Positions 1 to 11,631 of a DNA stretch of 64,000 nt are shown piece by piece. The notes beneath the pieces were generated by a model that searched no databases, was not told where the DNA came from, and was given only the letters and a program-made list of their open reading frames with translations. The first letter of the stretch is position 1; every line of letters starts with the position of its first letter. The position numbers were made by a program, and so were the translations under genes. This DNA is from Oikopleura dioica (lineage: Eukaryota > Animalia > Chordata): contig OU015567.1 in NCBI GenBank assembly GCA_907165135.1, forward strand, positions 10,168,001 through 10,232,000. Direction: 5' to 3'.

Positions 1-289
1 CTTTCAAATCTTTCGTCGGGGCGGAATATTTTTAAATATTTGCACCTTTCCGTTTCTTTTTCATGCGTTTTGGAATTTGATTTTGTCTCCAGGAGGGATT
101 TTGGATTAAATCTGCCGTGCCCGTGTTTGATCTCGAAATAAACAGCCTTTTACGTGAGAAACTCTATAATTACGATAATGATATTTTTAGCCGAAAACCA
201 AAGCAGGAAGTCGAAAAAATAGCCGTTTACTATGTAAAAAACCTTAGTGGGGGCCTTGAAAAAACTGTTAAAATTCGTTGAAAACGAGT

Positions 290-1545
290 TGTTCCAACAG
301 AGCGGTCCAATTACAGTAACTCCAGCCGCTTAGAACGTTCCGGCTGGGCGCGGTTACATCAACTCTCACGCGGTAAGCGCTGTTGGAATTCCTGAGCTCA
401 GGTGTCGGCTCAGATCAGCAGTGCCTACCCGAGTTGCCGAGCAATTTGCATTTTAGAAAAATCATCGCAATTTTCAAATTCGAAATCATTCCAAAATGCC
501 AGAACCCACGCGCGCGGTGAGGGCGACGGTAATCGCGCCCCAAAATGTGTCACTGCCGAGGTTGAGGCTTTCGAGGAAAAGCGATGTAATTTGCAAATCA
601 TGAGGAATTTTATGAAAAAAGACGAAATATCCAACTCATCATTTTCTTTTTTAGAATGGAAGAAAAAATTGGTTTTAGAAATGAACTTCTTTGACGATCC
701 GGATGAGGCTCAAAAGCTAAGTTCTTTTGAATCCTCTCTCCGGATACGGCTTTTCTGACGAGCTATGACCGGCTTATGACAATTTTCAAAATAAGAATTT
801 TCATTTTTTTGCTTATTTTTTCTTCGTGGATTTGAAAAATCAACTTACTTGATCCATGGCTGCATGTAATTGGAAGTGATCTGCTCGGTTGGGTAGACAC
901 AGTTGAATTCGAGCAGATCCAGTTCTCGAGCAATCGCGGCGCTATAAAGTGTGTCAGTCACCTGTCACATGACCCGAGCCATGTCCGACAAGAGCGGAGA
1001 GCGACTCTTACCTTTCCGACGCGTCGTGCTTCAACACGTTGGTAAACTTGTAGTCGCTTACGTACGTCTCGTTTTTCCCGTTGATTCCTGAAGGAGAAGG
1101 GTTTAGAAATTTCATTAAAAGTTCTGACAGGTGAAAATCAGGGAAGAAGTGATAATTGAACCGCGACCTAAGCTGAGCAATCTATCAAAAAAAGCCTAAC
1201 GTGGCTTTTCATTAAAAATGTTTTAGACCCTGACTCAGATTTTCTACACAGGCTGTCGAGGTTGACCCTGGCTCGCAAAATTTAGATAAAATTGAAATTG
1301 CGCGTGACTACGGTATCAGATGATGTTTGGCGGAGGTAATTTACCTGTAACTTCTTCCACCAACATGTTGCACTTTGTAAAGTCGTCCCTAATCTTGAGG
1401 ACAACGTTGCCATCGTCGTCCTTTTCGCCGCCGCACTCGGGGTCATTCAAACTTCATTATGGTTCTAGATGGGCGTCACGTGCTGCGCAAAAATCGCTCC
1501 GAGAAAACACACTCACAAATTGGACAATTAGCTGATTTGGAAAAG
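290..1545 (-). CDS. Zona pellucida (ZP) domain protein, partial multi-exon model; probably continues beyond the window start
   Basis: Spliced exons at ~1345-1450 (LNDPECGGEKDDDGNVVLKIRDDFTKCNMLVEEVT), 1012-1087 (GINGKNETYVSDYKFTNVLKHDASE) and ~850-940 (AAIARELDLLEFNCVYPTEQ) have phase-compatible GT-AG introns. The Cys spacing and terminal F-x-C-x-Y-P motif fit a ZP-N subdomain. Both ends of the gene are unresolved. Confidence 0.55.
1221..1260 (-). repeat. Copy of a ~40-65 bp dispersed repeat (CTCGACAGCCTGTGTAGAAAATCTGAGTCAGGGTCTAAAA)
   Basis: Matches 61565-61604 at 37/40 nt; related copies lie at 5605-5638 and 22185-22282. Confidence 0.8.
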
Positions 1546-4433
1546 GAAAGAAAATTACAGCTATCTCGTGTATTGAAAACGTGACAATAATAATAAGAAC
1601 AAAAAATTAGCCTCTTGTGCTCGCCTCAAAATCACAGCTCCTCCAAAAATGAGCAGCACCGTATTCAAGCATTATAAATAGAATTTGTAGCGATTTCCGA
1701 AAAAAACAGCGAAAACTGATTTTCACGACGCTACATGTTTCGGCTAGTCAAGTTAGTCGAAAATTTTGGTGGCGGCGAAAACTCTTGACCGCATCTATCC
1801 GGAAAGAGGCTGGCTTCGGAGGAGTGCTATTAATTAGATGAAGAAAAATGAACGGACATTCCCAGGCTATGTATACCGCGCCGAATAGAACCTTTTCGGA
1901 GGAGGTGGAGGAATAGGGGAGCGGCCCTTGATAATCTCCTACCGCGGAAGATCTTACAAGGGGCGGTTTACTCATAACACGACTACGGGTTTATTGGGGG
2001 TAACTGTCCCAATCTATATAAGAAGCGTGTTTAGCATTTTTAGACATTTTGCATTTTGGCTTCTTCTGGAACCATTCCTTTATCTCGTTTAACAACTGGC
2101 AGGTGGCGCATCACTGAACAAACAAATTAAGCTTCAGTAAGGATGAATTGAATGTGGCCAGCCTGGCAAGTGTGTTTTTCCACCCAAGTCTGATGACGCT
2201 CGAAATGCGACAAATCTGAGAGATTGGAAGAGCAACACACTTGTGCCAGCTTTCGCCGCTGACTCGTGGCTCAATTAGGCAATCAACTGACGATCTCTCT
2301 TGCTCAAATCACCGGCAGCGCGAAAATTACAGGATTTTGAAAAAGACTAAATTCAAAGTTCAAAATCAGCGCTTTTCAAACTCGAGTTCGGCAATTTGAA
2401 GATTAAGTAAATCGATAAGGAAGTAGACTGGTTTAACTTTCGTGGAAAGCGACTCACTTTACAGAAAAGAGACGAAAATTTTAGAAAAGAAAAAAAGGAC
2501 GTAAAAATGCGCGAAATTGTTTGAAACAATTAATGAATTGAGAGGCCACAGCTTGGTGAAAATGCGGGCTCAGACCCTTAGTATTAAATTTAATCTGAGT
2601 TGTTCCTTTCAATTTAGACTTTTATGCTAAAGAATTATGCCGAGAGGTCAACTAAATTTGCAATGGATTTTATTTAAGAACCCATAAAAATTTTAAAACA
2701 AAATAAAACAATTGAGAAGATCCCATAAAATCCAAATAGCAAACCCCTAACTGTAAAATTGAGGAGTCGACTTAGTTGGGTTAAACTAGCCAAAACGGTG
2801 GATAATTATAGATCGCTTCATTGTTAAGCACACGACCATTACAAAATCCCCAGACCACATGGGAGAAAGCCGATGCGGTCGGATGTCTGCGCTGTCACTC
2901 AGGAAGTCACTCCTCGTAATTGAAGGACTTTGACTCGCGTTATCCATGCGAGTGAGAATAATCCTTATCTTCATGTCTTGTTTCTATATCTTTTCTGTTC
3001 CCTGATAATAACTTTTCTACTGGTTGTAATTACTAATTATCCTACTCGGCCACGTGGGCAGAAAATATCGTCGTTGATTCCAAGTGAAAAAGATTTATTT
3101 TGTACTTACGTGAAATAAAAACCTAAAGTTGAGTTGAATCGAAAAGTTCCATCAGCTCGATAAGAAAAAAGCAAGAATTGTTAGAAGATATCAAACCTTG
3201 ATGAAGCCACAACTGGTCACCGCAACCAGAGTTGCCCAAATAAACCGCTCCGGTTATTAACCCACGTGGTGCCGTCAGACGGCTGCGGGTTAAGAATTTT
3301 AAGATTCCGGCCCACTTCAACTTAGAGTGTTGGATGTTTTATTATTATGGTATTATTTCGAATTCCAGAAAAAGAAATTTGGGTCTTATTGCAAGTATTT
3401 CTGATTATCAAAAAAAAATGAAATAATATTTTTAGAAAAGAAGAAAAATGAACTTTCACGCGTCTAAGAACAAAACCAACTAACAACCCTAAAAAGTCAT
3501 TTCAACCCTTCACCGAAAATTATATGCTAATGAGGCTCAAGCTAACGCCCTTAGAAGAGCTTCAAATCTACCCCTACCCTTTCCCACGCTTCCAGCGCTT
3601 TTGTTGTTCTCTCGTGACAGCAAATTAGGGAATTCGCGGTTCACAAATATGCGCCCGACCCGCGCTGGAAGAGTGACCCTTTCACGGAAATTGCATTTTT
3701 TGGAGGAGCTCTTAGGATTCTTGCTTTGAGAGTGTCTGTGTCAGAAAGAGAGTCCAGGTCAGAAAGAGGTCGTGGCGAGAGGCATGGAGATTTGTTGGTC
3801 TTTTTGAATTTTTAACCCATGCGCGTAACTTGACCATTTTTTTGGCAAAACTCGGTTTGTATTCATTTGTTATTTTTTAATTATATCTTGACTAAAATTC
3901 TACCTAAAAAGCGAGCTTTTTTGCTTGATTGCCAAAATATTGGTTGGTTAACGCGCATGGGTTAATGAAAGTATTCCAGTTTTGTTTGAGGTTTTCTCAT
4001 ATTGAGCTTTTATGTACTTTTGGTTTTTTTAATCATTTTCGGAGAATACTGGTTTTGTTAAACAAGTGCCTGAGAAAGGAGCCATCGCGGAGCCACATTG
4101 AATTCCTCTGGATGTACTGCGGCGAGACGGTGATTGCGATTTCTTTTCCGCCACACGTGACATTCACGTCAGTTCCAATTCGCGGCACTTCAATCGAGCG
4201 CTGTTCCACACTTTTACATAGATACGAAAATTGTTCAAAATTGATTCGTTTGCATTCTTTTAAACGGCCCTATCTCCTCAAAATTCTTAAGGGTATCGAG
4301 ACGTTTTTCGAAAAATTTTAAGTTCAGATAATTTTACACCAAATGATAGTAATCCTCTATAATACAGTCAAATAGAAAGCAGATTAAGGGGATTTCAAAA
4401 GTAACTGTTCTTTTTGGTACGTTTTTGCTTTAA

Positions 4434-4817
4434 GGGGGTAGATATCAAGAATCGGATTTGCTGTCAGTGATTTCTCAAATTTTTAACATAGTGACCCCCT
4501 TATTTTTTCTGCTCAATATTTATTTCAGGCAGTTATCTGTTTCCTATGGAAGCCAAAAATTTAGATTTCTTGAGCTTTCGAGGTGCTATAATGCAAATCT
4601 GGCACCTCCGATTGTCGCCAAAATGACCATTTTAGGAAAGTTAGCGATCTTTGACGAAAAATTTTGTTAAAATTTTCTTTGAAATTCGAAATTTCGGCTT
4701 CCATAGGAAATAAAAAAAGGTCTAAAGTTTTTGTTTCCAAAATAAAATAAGGGTGTTACTATTTTAACTTTGGGAGAAAAGTCTGACAGAAAATGACGAT
4801 TCTTGATATCTACCTCC
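4434..4817. mobile_element. Non-autonomous foldback MITE with TTAA target-site duplication (Kolobok-like termini)
   Basis: TTAA occurs at 4430-4433 and 4818-4821. The termini GGGGGTAGATATCAAGAATCG and CGATTCTTGATATCTACCTCC are inverted (20/21). Imperfect inverted arms continue ~140 bp, e.g. TTCCTATGGAAGCC versus GGCTTCCATAGGAA. There is no transposase ORF. Confidence 0.8.
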
Positions 4818-5604
4818 TTAAAGGGTTAACTTTTAAAAAGCAAGTTTAGCCAAGTCAAAAGAGCTTTTATTTAATCTGCTCCTAACTCCCTAAACAGCGA
4901 AACTGTGAGCTCACGTGACTCTATAACCCGAGTGGAACGTGTTATCCACCGCGCGAATCTAACTTCAACAACGGATTAGCGCGGTTTATGGTCCCCATAT
5001 CAGGTGCACCATGGTATCAGAACCGCACTATTTCGCGGATTAAACCGCCATCATCGCCTGGTAATAATGAGCAAGGCGATAAAAAATGTTATGAAAGCCT
5101 GTTTTTCTGTTCGCAAGATCTTTTAGAAACTTCTAACAAAGACAATTGCTCTAAAATGGAACATATGGCCAAAAATAAACGAAAAAATTGTTCGTCCAAA
5201 AATTTGGACAGACTTCTTTCCATTTTTGACCCAATTTCCATCTCACAAAATTGAAGATTGAAATCGAGCTTGTAATAACAAAAACGCACTTTGTCGCACC
5301 ACGAGGGGGAGGATAAATATTTGAACCTCGTACTTAGTAGCCGAGACATCTCCATTAGCCCGGCTGATCCAATATTTCGAGGCATTATGCCACCTCACGT
5401 TTTTGGCACAAAAAAACGGCTTTCATAACAATTACTGTCCGATAAAATTGGCACGCAACGGTGTCTCTGTGACGTGAAACCCTTATTTTCGTTGCAGACA
5501 TGCTTTTCTCAGCTTTTCTCCAGGAAGTTTCATAGAGACCCCCTTATTTAGTCAAAAGACAAAAGAAATAATGCGATTCTCTTTCCGAGAATACCAAAGC
5601 TGGT

Positions 5605-5638
5605 CTCGGCAACCTGTGTAGAAAACCTGAGTCAGGGC
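5605..5638 (+). repeat. Copy of the dispersed CCTGTGTA...CTGAGTCAGGG repeat
   Basis: CTCGGCAACCTGTGTAGAAAACCTGAGTCAGGGC is near-identical to the copies at 1221 and 61565. Confidence 0.75.
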
Positions 5639-8560
5639 TTTTTTCAAATCCATTCGCTCATTATCAAGATCCGTCTATTATGGCAATTGTATAACTTGTT
5701 CTCCTAGGAATCAATTTCGGGAACAAATGCGCCACTTCTGCCTCAATTTGTCGCTCATTACTCCTCATTTGAGCATAATCATTATTTTTGCATTTCAAAC
5801 GTGATGAGTTCAATTTCGTGAAAAGGCGGCCGTGAGAAGGGCTCGTTTGTCAAACAGGAAAACCGACGAAAGTTGCGTCACTCGACGCCCCAAACCTAAA
5901 TTTGACGGAACGAGGCGACCGAAAGAAAAATAATAAAATGGTGTCGAATGAACCAAATTAAGGATAACTTGATTTAGGCATAACGTGCTAATGTTGGCAA
6001 AACAGGAAAAATTGGCGGAACATGGGTACTTCCGGGGGAAGAAAGCTTTTAAAAATATAACTGTATTATTAATTCAAAAATAGACACTTGTTCCAAGCTC
6101 CGAGGCAACTAGATGTTATTTTTTCTTTAAATTTTTATTGGTAAATTTTCGAAAATTCATATTTTTCTTTCTCAAAATTCGAAATATAAAGTGGTCGGAA
6201 TTTTATGTCGAAGAAGGCAAAAAACAAGTTCACAAGATCCCTTCATTTCCCATCAAATTTGTGGAATTAGAAGCAAGAAAAAGCAAATTTCAAAGCTTTA
6301 CATTCGCCGCAAGACTTTCCAAATTGAGATGTTAGACGAACCCACGAAGTTAGATCATCTTCGAGTTGTTGATAAACGAAGAGAATAAGGAAAAATAAAT
6401 ATTTTCAAAATAAATTTGGATTTTCAAATTTTCAAGTGCGATCTTGTCGCGAAAAGGGGTTGAAAAATAAATTATGAAAATTATTTTAATCAAATTTTAT
6501 GTAATTTTATCTTCAAAGATTCGCCTCTAGGAAAAGAAAAGACAAAAGAAAACGAAATATAAAGTTCTAATTTTGAATCCGTGAAATTTCATTTTCTCTC
6601 GTAAATTTTAGAGACCTAATTAAATTATTTTGCAAGAATAAAAAACCATCGAAAAAGACGGTCTATATTTGAAGCGATGTCTAACTCGATGTCAGGACAT
6701 TCGCTTTTTGAAGACTTCAACGTGATGAGTGACGAAAAAAACGAGTTTTCGCAAAAAAGTGACAGATGTTGTTTTCGTATTTTGGCTTGATTCTGACCGC
6801 TGTCAACATCTCGAATTCGCGTAATAGAAAAGGCGACAAATTGCCACTATCAGAGGCAAATAACGTCCTTCATCGTGTGATAAAGACTTTGCGGTTTGAT
6901 TACGCGACGAATTGCTGAAAATGGCGCAATAATTGACCGATTGGACATTCAATTCTTTGATACTGTCAACTTTTAAACGTGATCGATGGAAGAAGAAGTT
7001 TTAACTATTCTAGCAAAGAAAAACTCTGCCCAAAATTCTGATGACATTTTTGACCAATCAGATGTCCGCATTTAGCCGATATTCCAATCAGATTTCAGAA
7101 AAAAATTCTTCTTTCTTTGTAGATTTCTGGTAGATGACTAAAACAAGAAACTTTTTCAGAAAAATCTGAATTTTTTCGGTTGTTTTTTTGGAACTTTATT
7201 CTTTGGAATCAAAAGTCAAGCAATGCCATTTTCAATTTCCATTGCGCAAGATAAAAAAGAGCGAAGTCGAGAAATGCACGAGGAATTAGCTCGCCAAGCG
7301 TCGCGATAAAACCGAATTTTCTCCGAAATCCTTGCTTTTACGCTCTAAATCTCAATCCCTTCTTTCCTAATTTTGATGGAACCTCTAGCAGCGTCCCTCT
7401 TTTGTCTTATCAGCGTCGCATGGACACAGAGAGAAACGTTTTTGGGAGTATTTTGACATTGTCAGAGGAGCATTATCAGGAGCCGCTGATAAAAACGCTG
7501 CGTAAAAATACAGAAAAATGTCTAATCCACTAACGTGGACCCAAAAGAAAATAACTTTGTTGGACAAGGGCTGAGGAGATTTCTAGCGCGGATAAGCGCC
7601 ATTTTTTAGAATCCTATTCAACGAAGACAATTATTCAATCGAGTCTTTAATTTTTATTAGTCATAAATGAGCATCCTTAAATTTAAAGTACAGCGGAATT
7701 GACACCCTTAATTTTGAATCGAAAAACCCAACTAAAAGTTTTTTAGTTAATTAAAATATTTCGATTGCCGGAAAATTGAACTAAATAGCAAAGCATCTGA
7801 TATAAAAAACCTAGAATAATTGATGAACAAAAAATTGTTCGAAAATCAGATTTTCGTATCCATTCCTGAAATCAAAAGCGGCCCCAACGGCAGCAAGGCC
7901 GAGCCCTACTAAACCCTTAAACATTACCATTTCAATATTCTTTATTTCCGCCTTCTTCTATTCTAGGCGTTCGAAATATCCCTTTTTCTTCGCGAAAAAA
8001 CGCAAGTTCCTTTATCAAAAATCTTCTCGCCACGACACTCTTTCTGACTCTTCGTTGATTCAATCCAACTTCGAAATATTTTCTTTGGAGCTCTCTTTCT
8101 TGACAGTCTCTTTTTCGCAATATAAGCAAATTTCTCGTTACTTAGGCTTTTTTGGTAGGTTTGGATAGATTTCTCGCCATTTTCGCGCCGCCGCTCGCGA
8201 GAACTCATTTTTTCGACTCGCGAGCGCCCTCCCGTCACCGCTGCGTCAGGCCGCGCAAAGTTGCCAACAGCGCCAGAAGGAAAAATTGAGAGCGGACTCT
8301 TGTATGTTAGTACTGTCTATTGAATAAATAATCGAGGCTTGATAACCTCGGAAATTGAAAAAAAGCAGCGAGGATCTTCAAACTGCAAGACAGTCGCTTT
8401 TTTATCTCAAGAATACGTGGCCAGTGATGAAGGTCAAATAAAAGATGAAAATAACGAGCTGGTTCGAGAAGACGATTTTACTCAAAATTTGTGTACCGTG
8501 GTATGAGTTATCCAATAACAATTTTCCCTTGTGAATTTCAATTAAAAAAAAACAGTAAGA

Positions 8561-9098
8561 TCATTTTTCAAGAGTAATATTCCATCGAACATGTAAATTC
8601 CCATATCGTTTAAATTCAACAACACCATTTTCCGATCGCAAGTTGTGCTCCGATTTGTCGACTTTTCCATTACTGTGGTTGATGTCATTCGCATGCGCTT
8701 TGAATCTAACTCCCTCCCCTAGAAATAAACATTTTCTTTCGTTTGATGTCTTTACCATTTTTAGTAATTTTCAGCTTCCAAGTCTTGTCCCATTTATCCC
8801 CTGTCCAGCTTTTGAAATGCGTGAGCGTCCATTCACCTTCTGTTACTTCAAAATTTTGACCAGCTCCGTGGACCTCGAATTTCATATTGAAGTGAATGAA
8901 GCCAGCTTCCATCGCATTCAGAATCCGGCGGATGGCTCTTTCGTTGTGGGATTCTCGCACTGATCTCGCGTCGTTTTCAAAATAGTGGCCGAAGCCGGTT
9001 TTCCAGTAGTGAGGCCCGAAAGATAGAAGAATCTCCATTTTATTCTTATTGATGAGATCGAGTTCATGTTGCTCATCTGGAAACGCCTCTCGATTCAT
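8561..9098 (-). CDS. Hypothetical two-exon protein
   Basis: The open frame 9098-~8800 and a second frame ~8720-8561 (GEGVRFKAHANDINH...VRWNITLEK*) are separated by a short AT-rich intron-like gap. No family recognised. Confidence 0.45.
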
Positions 9099-9155
9099 TT
9101 TATTCTTTTACATTATTGAAGTGAATCTTCAGTTCGAATTTTTGCATCTCCCGGC

Positions 9156-9478
9156 CAGGGTTCGGTAATTTGAGCTCACGCTAAAACTCAAGGAAACAAA
9201 GCTTGAGACTCACGTTTTTTAATTTGAGTTTTGAGAACTCAGAGATGAGAGCTCACGTGAGAAATCAATTCTGGCGATCCATGAGCCAATCAAGGAAGCG
9301 CTCGCTTAATTTGAGTTTTGAAAACTCAAAACTCTCAAATCTCCCAAAAACTCAAAACTCTCGAAACTCTCAAATCTTCTCAAAATGATTTCTCAAGTCA
9401 CTTTGAGTTCTCAATTTGAGGAAATTTGAGCGTCTAGCCAATATGAGTTTTAGCTTGAGCTCAAATTACCGAACCCTG
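9156..9478. mobile_element. hAT-type MITE, 323 bp, with 8-bp target-site duplication
   Basis: The TIR CAGGGTTCGGTAATTTGAGCTCA is a perfect 23 bp match and extends to ~35 bp with 1 mismatch. The exact TSD CTCCCGGC is at 9148-9155 and 9479-9486. The interior is rich in TGAG/CTCA subterminal motifs. Confidence 0.92.
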
Positions 9479-9808
9479 CTCCCGGCGCATATTTGCCGAA
9501 CAAATAGCATGATCTCGTCAAATTTACCAAAGCACGGGGGATTTACAGTACTTCGAAAAAAATATCTCGCTCGTAAAAATATTTTCTAATGAATCATTAG
9601 TAATGATGTTTTTAAATCAGATCTTAGATCTCGCGCCTTCAAATTTTTATTTCCTTAGTGTTACAACCGTTTCAAATCATATTTTTTATAATTGTAGATT
9701 ATTCTTATCAAAATATAGAAATACTAAATATTAATGAGTAATCTAAGAAAGTTGATTGAGTAGCTTCCTGAAAAAAAACATTTTTGTCTTCCTGTTTTGA
9801 AAAAGAAA

Positions 9809-11395
9809 ATGATGAATTGTTCAGAGAGAACGTGGTTGAACGAAGACGGCTTGGAAATAAGCTGCATTGAGTGGACTCCAGATGTGGTCGAATTTGAGTA
9901 CAAATTCTTGTTCTATCTTTCGCATGCTTTCGGTGATAAGCAACAGATCGAAGAATTTTATCGGGATAAGATTGATTTGCTGACGGAACATAAAGACGGG
10001 TCTCTTTTTTAGTTCCAAGCAAAGTAGCTTTTTCGAGAAAAAATTTTCAGACCCTTTTTTCAGTGGCGTTGTTTTAACTCATTATGTTCAGCAAGTCTCT
10101 GCTACTCCCTCATGTCCGAAAATCGTGAGTTTCTCAAATCCTACATTTCCGAGCGCCCTGAATTTTTCAAATCGCAGAATCGGGGATCGGTCTAATTCTT
10201 ATTGAACCTCAATCACAAGAAATCTATTTTTCTGACCTTCAGCCGTTTTTTCAGTCTCCAGAATCAAAAGACAAGCGGTTAATTAATCGCCCTCAATAAT
10301 TTAGCTAATTCATTCTGCCGCGCTCCGAAAAAACTTATCAGCACCGAAAAAAGCTCCCGAAACCCAGCTCGACGCCAGCCGCTGCGCACGTGATCTAGGT
10401 CTGTTGGTCAAGCAAGCGAGGGAGAAATACCGTGGTTTGCCGGTTTTCTTGGAAGGTGTCAGTGAGTCAGCGTTGATTTCTACTTCCGCTCTTGTCGAGA
10501 AAATCGGAAAAGTGGACTTTTTGGTTTTGGATCGACCGATTTTTCCAAGTGAATCAGGTAGTAGTACCGTTTACTACCGTAAAAATTACGTAAACCACGG
10601 TTTAATTTAAGACAGCTGGATGGAAACAGGCTTATCGTCAATTTTGCCGGTTAGGTTCAAAAAATCTCGTAAATCGCGCGACGTTTTAATCTAAATTAAA
10701 TCTAAACGCTCTTTGAAACAAAAATTTAATTTCTCAAAAATTCTCAAGAGCGTCCTGAAATCGGGCAAATTTGACGTTTGAACCAGTTGATTTAGGTGTG
10801 GAACTATTTATTCTCGCAAGAAACCGACTTTTGAAAATTAAGGAAGGCTTTTTGGTTTTTTAATCTTCCAAAAGAAACTTATAAAGCCTCAAAGGTAGGT
10901 AACAAAAACAGCGGCGGGATTGAAAAGAATCAGGAAATGCCAAAGTTTACAGGAATGTTGGAATTAATGGCTCATTTCCGACCGCTCAAGTAACTCAATT
11001 AACTTTCTTTCTTTTGATATCCACGTCAGAAACATAACCGACTTGAATTTACAATTTGAGGGGCCAGCTCAAAGACACTCCATCAATCGCCTTTTTATCG
11101 AAAGATGATCCAACTTCTCAAGAGTCAATGCGGTAAGCTGAACTTATTCGAGTAAATAAGGAGGGCAATTTTCAGTGTATTAGAGGGGAACATCGATGAA
11201 ATTCGATTCGTTGATGACCACTCGACAGAAAAGAAAATTGATGGACTTGAAAATACACCCATGCGTAAGTCAAGAAAAAATCGTTAACTTGAAGTTTTCA
11301 AACCCTGTCTAGAGACTGAGCAGCTTCAAGAGCTGAAGAAATGGATGATCTTGAAATTGATTCAGAAGCCTGTCACAGTAGTCTTTAATTCTTGA
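9809..11395 (+). CDS. MGLL: Monoglyceride lipase-like alpha/beta hydrolase, divergent (probable pseudoenzyme)
   Basis: Exon translations align with MGLL motifs: WLNEDGLEISCIEWTP (cf. LVNADGQYLFCRYWKP), FLFYLSHAFGD (cf. LIFVSHGAGE), KYRGLPVFLEGVSESALI (cf. DYPGLPVFLLGHSMGGAI) and ELKKWM (cf. EINMWV). Confidence 0.7.
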
Positions 11396-11631
11396 CAGAT
11401 ATTCAAGTACTGAACTTGAAGCAATACTATTGATAGTATCTTTGGCGTTGTCAAGTTTGAGGACTACTGTGGCCCTTTGTTTACAACTTCCAATTTTCAA
11501 GCGACGTTCTAAAAGGGAGTGACTCTTCCTTGATTTCAAGAAAAATTTTATTATCTTTATGACACATCTTTTCAACTATTAAATAATATATTATCTTTTA
11601 AAATCAATACAGCTTTGTTTAACAATATTTT

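Noticed and set aside
402-758. 118-aa plus-strand ORF
   Set aside because: It starts at GTG, has intron-like composition, lies antisense to the ZP-gene region and has no recognisable motif.
3929-4321. 130-aa plus-strand ORF
   Set aside because: It starts at TTG and its Phe/Leu-rich translation is typical of T-rich non-coding DNA; I found no splice or family support.
5089-5435. ~20-bp imperfect inverted repeat (TGTTATGAAAGCC...) about 330 bp apart
   Set aside because: The match is short and gapped with no TSD, which is insufficient to call a MITE.
11309-11575. Minus-strand ORF overlapping the MGLL-like last exon (possible antisense coding overlap)
   Set aside because: The WD40 gene already ends at 11632, and the plus-strand frame has homology support while this ORF has none.
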